DNA of 64,000 bases from Lytechinus pictus. Taxonomy: Eukaryota. This document shows, piece after piece, positions 1-12,206 of this stretch. Position numbers and translations under genes: made by a program. The DNA is taken from the NCBI RefSeq assembly GCF_037042905.1, contig NC_087249.1, positions 17,546,001 through 17,610,000 of the forward strand, given 5' to 3'. The number at the start of each line of letters is the position of its first letter. The stretch's first letter is position 1. Under the pieces are notes generated by a model. That model saw only the letters and a list, made by a program, of their open reading frames with translations, searched no databases and was not told the origin of the DNA.

Positions 1-150
1 TTTGCAATTTCTCGTCAGCTCTGAAACTAGGTTCACCAATTTTCGACAAAGGCTTCTTAGTTATTCTTTGTCATGTGACAGGCATGTGACAAGATATTTA
101 CTCTGTTCTTGAATCGTCCGTACGTCCCTGAGCGAAAGACCTCTATCGGC

Positions 151-256
151 GAATATATCTACGGACAGTTACGGATATCTATGGACAGTTACGGATATCT
201 ATTGACAGTTACGGATATCTACGGACAGTTACGGATAGCTACGGATTTTTACGGAT
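151..256. repeat. 20-bp tandem repeat (ACGGACAGTTACGGATATCT), ~4.5 units
   Basis: Seen directly. Confidence 0.9.
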
Positions 257-1422
257 GAATATGAAGTGGATGAAAAATACTGTTTTTATATTCACTTCAT
301 ACTGATAACATCAAAGTGGAATTTATACTGCATACCAAAAAAAAATTATGACAAAAGTGTTAGAAAACAAAAATGTGACCTTTTTGTAATGTGATGAACC
401 TTTTAGCGTAATGAAACCATTTTGACATATAAGATTTCCATAATTTAACGTATTTTCATACACTTTGCTAGATTTAGATACTCTGAAAATGTATGACGAA
501 GTTAGTTTCATTCATGCTTTTCCTATTTGATCACAAAGCAAATGGATCTAATTATTTGTTATCATCAATGATGCCTTATGTAAAAATTGTGATGGCAATA
601 AAATTCTTATAAATTGTCTAAAGTCCCAAATATTAAAATAATATAAATGCAGCTACCATAATTATTGCTAGGAAACAACATAAAGTTGGTGTAGGTAGGT
701 GTAATAATTTTGTAAAGGAGAAAATCTTCAAAATGCATTCAAAGTTTCTGAAATAATGCATCTTACTATCAGTAAGGTGTAATATATATATTACATAGTT
801 TTAATTTATAACTTTTAATCATATATATATATATTTATATGTATATACAATTTTTATTTGCAATTAACACCAAATTTTAGATATCAAACGATCAGACTTA
901 CGCAATTTTGTAACTAATAAAAGTACATAAATGACATGCAATAATGAACAGATCTTTGTACTTACGGGACATTTGGTAATATATCGCTCACAATGAAAAG
1001 TGCAATAGAAGGTGAAATTATTTTTTTTAATATATTTATAAAAATATGATCTTTCAAATTTGTAAAACAAAATAAATAAAAAGAGCTGTTGAAAGTTTAA
1101 AAGAGTGGCGGTTTTCAATGTAGTGCCTGTTTATTGTGCCCCCGTTTTGGCACTTCCTATTCCTAACGCTGCTAAGAGTTCGAATATGTACAAAGGGTAA
1201 ATTATGAAGGTGAGGAATAGTAATATTTTGTGCTGCTATCAAACAAATTAAATACCAATGAATAAAATAGATGTTTTTTATGAAATCGTCAAAAAAGATT
1301 GTTGTGAACTGTAAAAAGGATTTATGATTAGATTTACCCCGTGAACAAGCAATAAAAAAAGACTGACCATGACGATAGAGGGGAAGAAGCGGGTGTGAGG
1401 CAGGACAGGTAGTTCCGCCTCC

Positions 1423-1638
1423 CAGGGGCAGATCTAGCTTTTTTCCAAGGAGGTGGCCTCTCCGAGAAATTGGACAAGCAAAAAAGAAAAAGAAAAGAAA
1501 AGAAAAAAGTTCACTATACAATGAAGGTCGTTTAGGGTTGGATCCAAAACGTAGGTCATTACTTTTTTTTTACTTGGCAGACCCAAAAGGCGAGTTTAAA
1601 CTCCCTAACCCCCCCCCCCCCCGGTAGATCTGCCACTG
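1423..1638. mobile_element. hAT-like MITE (CAGGGGCAGATCTA / TAGATCTGCCACTG ends)
   Basis: Inverted termini of the same family; TSD not recognisable. Confidence 0.6.
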
Positions 1639-3067
1639 TATCTTGTGTGTCAAAAGTCCGATTACCGCAGCAGTAAGGAGCAAAAGACGAAGCAGGTGAC
1701 AAAGGGGACAAAAGTGAAGGAGAATTAACAGAAGATCTGTATAATGATGAACCAAGTCGTCTGTGAGAGTTCTTCAACGGATAGTTTCATCGTCAAAAAA
1801 AAAAAAAAAAAATGAGAAGGATTGTTTTAGTATACGAGAAAATATCTTGGAAAAAAGACGGAAATGTATTAGACAAACCTCACGTATGTCATCATAACTA
1901 ATTCTTTATAAATTGCGTATTAACGATTGGTTTCTAACAAGTGGTTTGTGAATCTAAAGAAGCAAATTTTCTTCATCAGACACCGTCAATTAGAGTCACC
2001 CGCTGTCCTTCGAGAGCCCCTAATAAAGGTATCTATTATCATAAACAAAAGAAACGTAGCACAGCAAAACGGGATTGGCGGTGAAATTTGATGATCATAC
2101 TAATCATACTACTAATCATGCTAATTGATTCCCGAATGAATGTATATCTTGCAGGTTTCAACCGCAAGTCATTATAGATTCACTCCCATATGACTTAATC
2201 CATTAATCTTTTCCCGACATTGTCTTATTGATATTTGAGTTTGTAATCACCAAAGGCCTGATTAAGGTCTAATTAAGACCCTTTTATTTGTGAATAGATA
2301 GACTGCTTAATTGTCACGTACCTCCTTTCTCCACCAGAGCTATACGCTCCGAAAGATGTTTTATTTATCTTTTAAAATATATTTATCCAGCTATACTACA
2401 ACATATCGGCATAAAGCTGTTTTTCTTCAATGACCAGATGAAAACAGAGTAAAAATAACTGCAAAAATCATCATAAAAAAATTATCATACACGAAAATGA
2501 ATTCAAAATCTGAGTCAAAAATACATACGCAATGCTTGGTAACATAAACAAATATTTTTACATATGAAAATGATAACATGAATATAATTGAAATGTTTAA
2601 GTTATCAGAACGGAACAGATATAAAATACTAATTGTATAATTTATTCACTGATAAAAAAACTCACTAAAAATGAAAGTAATGAATTAATTAGTGGTGCTG
2701 TGGGAAATATATTGAAAATTGGGTGAAAACATTAACAATAAAGTAATAACGTGTGTCTAAAACAAAAAAATATCAAAGAGTTCGGATCATTACAAATATT
2801 AGCAACGTAATTTCCTAGGGGAATTGTACATTTAAAAAAAATAATAAGTAAGGGTTATAATATACAAAAACTTTGGATTACAAATACTTCCCGGAAATAA
2901 CGGAAGGGTATAGGAACATGGGTAATACCATGAAAAGTAAGGAAAGATGAAAATAGAAATACATTCATAATTATATGTTCATAATAATTGTGTATTACAG
3001 CCAACATGAGGTGAAAATTGACGTAGTATCTTAAGAAATACAAGGATAATATGAAAGAAATCTATAT

Positions 3068-3438
3068 GCATGTCTTCATGAATATTCATTAGGTGGGCTG
3101 ATGATGTCACATCCCCATTTATATTTTTCTTATGTTATCATATGAAATATTGATTGTTTCATTTTTTTCATAAATGATGTAAATGATGTGTCACCAATAA
3201 ATGATGCAATAAGTTGCAGCAATAAATAACTAATACACTTAATCAGTTGTCGATCCTATTGTTTTAGCTCTTGGTAGAAATATTTTGAATAAACCCAATT
3301 TCATATAATAAAATTCAAAATAACAAGTGGGGATATGACATCATCAGTGAACACCTCATGACTATTCATGAAGACATGCCTATATTACGGTTTCACCGGA
3401 TTAATGCGAATTTTTTAAATTCAATAACTTCGTTATTT
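3068..3438 (+). mobile_element. Kolobok-like MITE family A, internal portion (left of the LINE)
   Basis: Collinear with the internal sequence of the copies at 14203 and 21135 (CATGAATATTCATTAGGTGGGCTGATGATGTCA...). Confidence 0.8.
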
Positions 3439-4953
3439 ATACAAAAAATCTGAAAAGTTTGATTAAAAAATTTATACTGAAAAATGTTAATATGAATCCT
3501 CAAATGAAATGGGACATGTGTAAGATAAAAATTAAAGAATACACAATCAAGTATTCGAAACAAAAACAGAAAGAAAATAATGAAACTTTTAAACAATTAC
3601 AATCTGAATTCGATTCAATTAATAGTTATAAGACTGATGAAAACCCATCTAATGAAAATAAAGCTGAATTAGAACGAACAAAAATTCAACTAGACCAATG
3701 GTTAACATATAAATGTAAAGGAGCTTTCATCAGATCCAGACAAAAGTGGATGGAGCATGGTGAAAAATCAACCAAATATTTTTTTGAAAGCGAAAAGAGA
3801 AACGGAAAGAGAAAATGAATTAATTCTATTAAAAATAATGGAAGGGGTATTACAAACCAGGAATCTGTTCTTGGGGAAATATTTCAATATTATAAACGTT
3901 TATACTCTGAAACAAACAATGAAGTTGAATCGTATGATATTGATGACTATTTAGATTCAACTACATGTATATTACCTACGTTAACAGAACAAGAAGCATT
4001 GTCATGCAAAGGTATACTTACTGAGGAAGAATGTCGTAATGCTTTATTTTCTATGAGAAACAATAAGTCGCCAGGTAGTGACGGTTTATCTGTTGAATTT
4101 TTAAAGTATTTTTGGGACGATGTTAAATCCCTTATAATAGCTGGTGTTAATGAAGGTTTTATTCAAAAACAGTTATCAGAAACTCAGAAATTAGCTATAT
4201 TAACTTTGCTGTACAAGAAAGGTGATAAACAATGTCTAGATAATTGGAGACCTATATCATTGCTCAACACTGATTATAAGATTGCAGCAAAAGTATTGTG
4301 TACAAAATTAAGAGGTGTTATAGATAAATTGATTTCTTTTGATCAATCAGGTTATTTAAAACAGCGCTCTGCTATGCAAAATCTACGTTTTGTTAACGAT
4401 ATTATTAAATATTGTGATTATAATAATCACCCAGGCATTTTTCCTTTTCTTGATTTTCGAAAAGCTTTCGATACGGTTACCCATCAGTTTATATTTCAAA
4501 TATACAAACTTAAATTTAAAGAATCTTTTATTACATGGATTAAGGTCCTTTATGCAAATGTTGGAGGGAGTGTCATGAGTAATGGTTGGATTTCGAAAAA
4601 GTTTGAAATAAAAAGAGGAATTAGACAGGGTTGCCCTCTGTCAGCTTTATTGTTTATTCTTGTTGTTGAAATTATGGCATTAAAAATAAAGCAGAATATT
4701 AATATCAGTGGTATCACTGTAGTATCTACTGAAACTGGTATTTCAAAAGAATTTAAGATATCTCAACTTGCAGATGACACTGTTCTCTTTTTAAACAACA
4801 TTCAATCTGCCAACTTATGTCTTGAAGTAAAACTTTTTGGTTTCTTTGCTGGGCCAAAGCCTATATGTGATTAAAACAAATGCTGTCACTATGCAACAAC
4901 AACATGCATTCATTGAAGGTATTAAATGGAATGATGAACCTGTCAAGTACTTA

Positions 4954-5327
4954 TACCTTGGTCACATTTACTCTACGGCGGCCGTATACGGCCAGTCGAA
5001 AACAGCCGTTTTATCAATTTTAATTCAAACCACCTAAATTATACAACGCTGTTTACTATATGAACCTTACAGTAATTGTTTAAACAGTTTAAACAACTGT
5101 TTAAATCTTTAGCAACAAAGTTTAATTTTCAATATCTAATTGTCAATAAATTAAACATGATTGTTTAAACGGTTAAACAAATACTGTAAGGTTCATATAA
5201 TAAACAGCGTTGTATAAAATCTTAAACAGCGTTTTTACTGTGTATGTGTAGTTGGACACAAAAAAATGTTAAAACGGCTGTTTTCGACTCGCCGTACGGC
5301 GGCCGTAGAGCAAATGTGACCAAGGTA
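4954..5327. mobile_element. PIF/Harbinger-type MITE inserted in the LINE RT
   Basis: TIR TACCTTGGTCACATTT(A/G)CTCTACGGC and TTA duplicated at 4951-4953 and 5328-5330. Removing it restores K-Y-L-G-M-Y-L. Confidence 0.88.
5036..5241. mobile_element. Fragment of a second MITE nested in the Harbinger MITE (CACAGTAAAAA-type terminus)
   Basis: Internal inverted repeat 5040-5074 / 5182-5216. Right end TTTTTACTGTG is present; left terminus is not seen. Confidence 0.55.
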
Positions 5328-6856
5328 TTAGGAATGTATCTAACAAGTGATAAAAAAAGAGTCTGAACGACTGAACTGGTTTATGAAACTTCAAAAAGTT
5401 AAATCAATTTTAAGTTTTTGGAAAATGAGAAATTTAACTTACTATGGTAAAGTTTTGATTCTTAAATCATTAGTAATTTCTCAATTTGTTTACGTTGCCT
5501 CTGTATTACCAATCCCCCAGAAACTAGTTGTTGATCTCAATAAACTGATGTATAATTTTTTATGGAATTCAAAACGAGAAAAAGTCAAGAGAGCAGTCTT
5601 GATTAATGATATTATAAGGGGAGGACTGAGAATGATAGATTTGAAATCTAAATTCCAATCCTTACATTTATCATGGTTGAGTAGATTCTTTGAAAATGAT
5701 AATGATGTACCGTGGAAGTTTATGTTTAGATATTGGATTGAAAAAATATGTCCTTTTTTATTACTTTTGAAAACAAATTGTTTCAGTAAAGATATGTTAA
5801 AGTTGTGCGTAAAACAAAAGGTACCCGACTTTTATATAGACTGTCTCATAACTTGGAGTGAACTTAAATATATTCAGTTTCCAGATATTGTAAATGTTAA
5901 AAATCAAGTTTTGTGGTACAATAGTAATATCACACATGATAGAAAACCTTTATTTAAAAAAAAATGGTTTGAAAAAGGCATTATAACGATTAATGACATT
6001 GTAGAAAATGGATGATTTCGGCCAAGAGAACATATTTGTCGAGAGCTTGGCTCAAATTCTTTGTTAATTGACTTTAAGTATTCGAAACTGAAAAATGCGA
6101 TACCAAAAATTTGGATCGAAAGAATTCTAGACATAAGTTATGCAGATAACGATGAAACAAATTCACAATACGGAAGCGACGTATTCGAAATTAGAACGCT
6201 TGATTTTATTAGACTACTATCAATGAAGGCTCGCAATTTCTATAGTTTATTGTGTGAGTTTAAGAAAAGAGAACCGACTGCTTTAACATTCTGGGAAGGT
6301 AAATTGAACCTTGCAATTGATTTTGACTGCATGGAAAGACACATTGAAATTTAAGTTTAAGATATTGAAAAACAATAAAATAAAGCAACTCAACTTCAAA
6401 ACTCTTCATAGGATTTTACCGTTTAGATACAACTTGTGGAGGTGGACAATTGTAACAGACAACTTATGTATTTTCTGTAAAACAACAAAATCTTTTGTTC
6501 ATGTTGTTTTAGAATGCCCAAGCGTAAAGCTTTTCTGGAAACGTATTGTGGATTTGATTAATTTAATGTTTAAAGAAAAAATCATATTAAACGAAAAATT
6601 AGTAATAGTTGGTTTTGATTTCACACATGAAAAAGTAACAGATATAAATACAGTCCTTGTGTAAGCTCAATATGCAATCTATTTGATGTATATGATTAAT
6701 TATTTTCAAGGTAAACCATACAACAGTTATTCTATATGGCATGTGTTTAAATATGACATTCTTTTAAACGACATCTCGGATGTTGTCTCTAAGACCCTGA
6801 ATGTTAATACATGTTAACTTGGCAATTGAATGAATAAAAACCTCTGACACGAGGGA

Positions 6857-6965
6857 AATAAAATTTGTTACTTGTAATCCGATTTTGATCAGATTTTCAG
6901 CATTTTGCTTTGTGAATTTTACTCTATTTATTGAGATATGAATATTCTCAGCCTGGAGCATCCCT
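6857..6965 (+). mobile_element. Kolobok-like MITE family A, right end (right of the LINE)
   Basis: Matches the 3' ~110 bp of family A, including the TIR CAGCCTGG...TCCCT. Confidence 0.8.
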
Positions 6966-6989
6966 TTAGGGTGGAACAACATTTAGTGT

Positions 6990-8075
6990 ATTGTAATTAC
7001 GTGTTCTAACACCATGTCTTTTACAAACCATTTTAATTTTGTTTACATAAGCGAGATGGGGCCATTTTTTGTTCAATAAGTGTCCACTTATATAATCTCC
7101 TTAACGATCTGTTCCCCACTATAATTTATAAACTCAAATTTTCCAGTACATATCGGGCGGCTCGTTTCTGAAGTGTGTAAAGTTTTGAGAGTGCCTTTGA
7201 ACCAATTTCGTTTCCCCAGACTGGTAGTACATAGTCGAAACAGGGTTGAATATTGGATTTGTATAATATATTCGATAGGGTTTTATTTATAGGATTTGTT
7301 GTAATTTACCAAAAGAAAAAAAATCTTATAGGCTAAGCTTTTCGACAATTGAGCAATGTGTGAATTCCATTTAATATTTTCGTCTACTTTGACTCCAAGA
7401 TATCTAACAGTTTTGACTTATTCTACTGGCTTATCATCAATGAATAAGTGAAGCCTATCGGTGGATCTATTTTTGAGCATCATGACTTTTGTTTTATCAA
7501 TATTAAATGTAAGATGATTAGTGTCATAACACTTTTTTATTTTATCTGAAAAAAGGTTTTTTTTTGCATATCAAAATTTATTGTTGTTGTATTTGGACCA
7601 ATATTATTGATAACAACATCATCCGCAAATATGTTAAATGTGCCACTTACACTTTCAGAGATATCTTTAATCATTATTAGAAGCAAATATCGGACCCAGA
7701 ACACTTTCCTGTGGGATCCCAACGGTAACATTTTGGTAGGATGATAATAAACTGTGGCAATATACAGTTTGTTTTTGTTGCAAAGGTAACATTTAAATCA
7801 TTCCAAAGGGATATTATGAATTCCATATTTCTCCATTTTGAAATGAAAAAGATTATGGTCAATTGAATCAAGACATTTTTACGTATCCAAAAAACATACT
7901 CCAAGATCTCCATGTTCGTTAAATAATGCTTCATACCAGTCGTCAACTACCCTATAATTATGTAAACAAGAAACTGTGAATCATTTGGTAAGAAAGCAAA
8001 CTGATCGACGCTAAAAAGGTCGTGATCAAGAAGATAATTAAAAAGTTGTTTTTCACAATCTTTTCAATTAAGCTT
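6990..8075 (-). mobile_element. Highly decayed CR1/L2-group LINE RT fragment
   Basis: Minus-strand peptides LIEKIV, DQFAFL, GSVLGP-like, NIFADD, RYLGV, and YKSNIQPCFDYVLPVWG...LQKRAARY. Confidence 0.8.
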
Positions 8076-9489
8076 TAATAGCTCTATGCTGGTATCATCC
8101 AAAAATCAAATAGCCGACGAGTTGAAAATGTAATTGGGGGTTGTAGCCGGGATGGCTTGCAGTTCGGATGTTACAGTACTCTCAGATTAAAAGAATCTCG
8201 TATATTACAATGTTTTCAATATCGCAAAAATCCACACAAATTTATTATAAGTATATTGATGGACACTGGGTTGATGATGATGATATTCGGTTTAAATAAA
8301 AATCGCATCGAAAATCGACACGCAATCACGTTGATGTTCGAGATTGCATCATACTTGACAACCCGCAAACTTTTCCAAAATTGAATATAGGCCCTCCACT
8401 CTCACGTTTTGAAAACTTTTTTTTTCTCTGAAAACTGAAATAGGATCTACATATTTTAGGTTAATTGTGACAATCTTTTTATAACAACCATGATAAAGGA
8501 AAAAATGCGTCTCGATGCGTACTATACACGATTCACTACCGCAAAATATAACAACCATCTTCATTTGTTACTATTAAATCGTCAATATTATCATTACTGT
8601 TATTCGTACTATCACGCCCGATAATATCACTCTATTATTATAAATATTATTATTATTATAATCATCATTATTATTATCTTCATCATCACCCTTATCACTC
8701 ACTATATATTTCATATCTATTTCCTATTGTCCAATCTCAATTATAACATACATTATATTCATAATCATATTCATCATGTTCATAATAATGACTATGAAAG
8801 ATGATATTGATGATGACGATGATATGCTGGTGATCACCGTTTTATCAGATGATTTATGCAATATAACATGCTTATCGCTACTCGATCATGATGAAAGAAA
8901 TCTTTGAGTAATAGCACAAAAGAAGTCGAGATGGTGGTTTATACGCACTTAGAACACAAAACATTCCCCATTCAACGGGCCGATGGTCTTTTGAAAAAAG
9001 ATTCATCTATTGCAATTACGACAACAATCACGACAGCGGATATGCAGGGAAACTAAAAAGGCATTTTGCTTATACAATCATAGGCCTGTTATATTGGGGC
9101 AATGCCTAAAAAACAGTTCAAGGCCAAGCAATCCTGAAAGGTATAAGTGTTCAATTCTATTGATGGATAAGACTCTAAAATTTGCTTTTGCTCTGTTAGG
9201 CCAGTAAGTATATTACCTAAAATAGATGATAAATATCTAGAAAGAATCTTTCTTCTGTTTTAGAGTATAATCTAATATCGATATCATTCTACATATCGCC
9301 CTGCATCATACGGTTTACTGACGGTTGGTCTAATCATTTGATGGGCTAACAATATTCGGGCTAAACCCACTTAGTTCTTGATATCAAGAATTCAATTCTT
9401 GACATACATTAATGCTCGGTACCAGTGAGGGAATTCGTGCATTACATTTGCGTTAAAAATCAGAATGATTTCTTGCAATACATTAACGC

Positions 9490-9915
9490 TCGAAATCAGA
9501 AATGAATTCTTGATATCAAGAAATGAATTATTGATATCAAGAAATGAATTCTTGATATAAAAAATTGAATTCTTGATATCACGAAATGAATTATTGATAT
9601 CAAGAAATGAATTATTGATATCAAGAAATGAATTATTGATATCAAGAAATGAATTATTGATATCAAGAAATAAATTCTTGATATCAAAAAGTGAATTCTT
9701 GATATTAAGAAATGAATTATTGATATCAAGAAATGAATTATTGATATCAAGAAATGAATTCTTGATATCAAAAAAAGAATTTTTGATATCAAGAATTGAA
9801 TTCTTGATATAAAAAAAATGATTTTATATGTGGTTAATAAATTATCAAGAATTGAATTCTTGATATCAAGAAATGAAGTCTTGATATCAAGAAATCTAAT
9901 TCTGGATATCAGAAA
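9490..9915. repeat. 21-bp minisatellite (GAAATGAATT(C/A)TTGATATCAA)n, probably the subterminal array of a MITE ending at ~9946
   Basis: About 20 units; an inverted unit at 9375-9402; explains ORFs 9496 and 9573. Confidence 0.9.
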
Positions 9916-10964
9916 ATGTGAATAAATGTTCAAACGGCTTGCCATATGCGCGTACCTGTATGCCTCTATCACCACTATCATGACTATGAGCCCCCATAAA
10001 CCCCCATTGCGTGGACCTGTCCTTTGAGAGGTTGAAAGTTATACGAGATGTGAAGAAGTTTTCTTACTGAGACAACCCCCCCCCCAAAAAAAAAAAAAAA
10101 AAAAAAAACAGGAAGTGGTGCACTGGGCGCGCCCCGCTGAATATCGATCGATAACAGCTTGAAAAAGAATGTATAACGAGCTGTCAATAAAAGTACATCA
10201 GGGAAAGGGCTAAATATGTGAACTTAATTAATCTTTCAAATGTAATCCTTCAGTCTTAACGTCACTTCCTAGTGCCCCGAAGCGTGTGGAGGCGAGATCT
10301 CAAAGAAACCAGGAATTCTAGATACTTTGCTTGATCCCTTCCCAATGGAATATTCCTTGCCATGAATTGAAATGGAAACCCGCTCTATTAATAGACCAAA
10401 CAAAATAATTTCTCTCTCCCCCCCCCCCTCCTTTCTACATGTTCTATATCCTTTGTTTTTTTAAATTTCTTTTGTAAAAGTGTCACCATGAAAAGCTCGG
10501 TCGCTTTGCTCCCTCTCTTGAGTTTCTTCGAAAACTTTCACACATCTCATCCCCGCCAGGAAAAGAAATTTCTGCGTTCCGTTATGATTATTGTTGGTAC
10601 ATAAATAGTTCTTTCGGGCACAGTAGGGCAAAAAGAAAATAACCATGATCAGTCGTGTAACATGAGCAAAAAATTAAGAAAGGGAGGCATAATTATATGT
10701 GGCCTTTAAATTCTAAGTCGCAAGAGAGCATTTGTTGTAGATTTTGATCTGATAATCCTCTCTGGTCGTTGTAGTGCCCCCCCCCCCCCCACACACTCAT
10801 ATATGCCCGTATCATGACAAATGATGGAAAAACGTTAGTTCTAATTCTGCTCAGTCTTGATTAAAAACGAGCAGCAATGAAGGCATTGTGTTTTTTCAAT
10901 TACGGGGACTTTTGTTTTTACTATTTTTTTCTTTAAAATACACACTTGCAAACGTTCGTCGAAT

Positions 10965-12206
10965 ATATAATTTAGATGGAATATGAATATTTGAAAACAA
11001 ATATAACGACAATACTTTGGAAAGTCAAAAAGGGGCCTAAGCTTTCGATCCTAGCAGAATCTTCGTCGGAGGCAAAATGACAAACATATAAAGTGGAACA
11101 ACCATAATATAGACCACAAACAAGCTACAGCAACACTAGAAACAAGGAGACAAAAGGGGCATTAGTGAGTAGAGAAGACCAATCAGGTTAGTGAAGGGGA
11201 TGAAAGAAAAGGAGTAGGCAGACACAAAGGGAAGTTAGTGTAAGTAAGGCCAGTAAAAGACCTCAAGCCAAGAGGGATTAAAATAATGAGGCAGGCAACA
11301 TCAAACAGGATCTGGAACAAAACAGTGATAATGGGATGAAAAACAAGAGAATTAGTGAGAGGTGAGTCAAACAGGTTACAAAGAAAGGCTTAATAAACTG
11401 GTGCATAAGAGTGGGGGAAAAAAGGAAAAGAATGGGGAACAACTGATAATGTGCAAAAGACATATAAGTATATATGATAAAGCATTAAACAAACTAAGAG
11501 AAGAAGGTAAGTGTAAATATGTATCTATAAGTGATATGTATATAAATATATCCAAAAAAGAAATGTATATGAAAAAATATAAAATACACATATGGTGAAA
11601 CTGATATTGTAATCCACTAGGTGTGACGGGAAAAAAACATAAGACTATATAGTAGGGAAAAAAAAAGAAAAAAAAAACCTGTAGATGTGAAAAAGAGGAA
11701 GCAGATTGCCTAAAAAGGTAAAAGCAAATATAGAAGAGAGGGGGTGTATTATGAAGAAACCATAGTATACATGAAAATAAGCAAATGTGGTAAATCTAAA
11801 AGAGGTGAGTGGAGAAAAAACAAATATATATATATAATAATTATTATATCGCCTGAATAAGGAAGGAAAAATTGGAGCTGAGCTTGTATGAGATATGGGA
11901 GGAAAGTAGAGTAAGAAACTATAATGTAACTATTCAAAAGAGCTGAGGGGGAAAATTATATGTATATATAAATTGAAAGTGGATAGGAAAGAAAAATCAG
12001 TCGTTCCCCTCTTGGATGTTCAGGCCATGAGGTTGGGTGGTGCGAAGTCGTCTCATCCAGAGCTTCTCCCTGCTAGTACGGACTGAGTCAGGACGGGTAC
12101 CTAAAGATTCGATGCCCTGTAGCATCATGTCAGTGATGGAGTGGTTGGGGAGGTTAAAATGGCGGCCAACTGGAGTGTCCAGCTTTGCTGTGTTGACGGT
12201 GGACAA
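10965..12206 (-). mobile_element. 3' portion of a Penelope-like element: C-terminus of the GIY-YIG endonuclease plus 3' UTR/pLTR
   Basis: PVGRHFNLPNHSITDM....IE....R..REKLWMRRLRTTQPHGLN is the characteristic PLE GIY-YIG C-terminus. A hammerhead-like motif lies at the distal end. Confidence 0.85.
11035..11073 (-). ncRNA. Candidate minimal type I hammerhead ribozyme (variant core) of the Penelope element
   Basis: Minus strand reads GCCU-CCGACGA-A-GAUUCU-GCU-AGGAUC-GAAA-GC-UU-AGGC: stem I GCCU/AGGC, 6-bp stem II, palindromic minimal stem III. Confidence 0.6.

Larger units (their letters stand above)
3439..6767 (+). mobile_element. Decayed Tx1/L1-clade non-LTR retrotransposon ORF2 (5'-truncated; RT and C-terminal CCHC)
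   Basis: GAFIRSR.KW.E.GEK.TKYFF, KSPGSDG, NWRPISLLNTDYKI, LDFRKAFDTV, RGIRQGCPLS, QLADDT, KYLG, GGL and C..C........H....C motifs across several frameshifted ORFs (3459, 3999, 5347, 6061, 6311). Confidence 0.93.

Noticed and set aside
2380-3060. Possible minus-strand LINE 3' end
   Set aside because: A tail-like motif is present at 2383-2440, but no reliable protein motif.
9496-9981. 161-aa and 79-aa repetitive ORFs; CRISPR-like periodicity
   Set aside because: Translation of a 21-bp minisatellite; no unique spacers, eukaryotic context.
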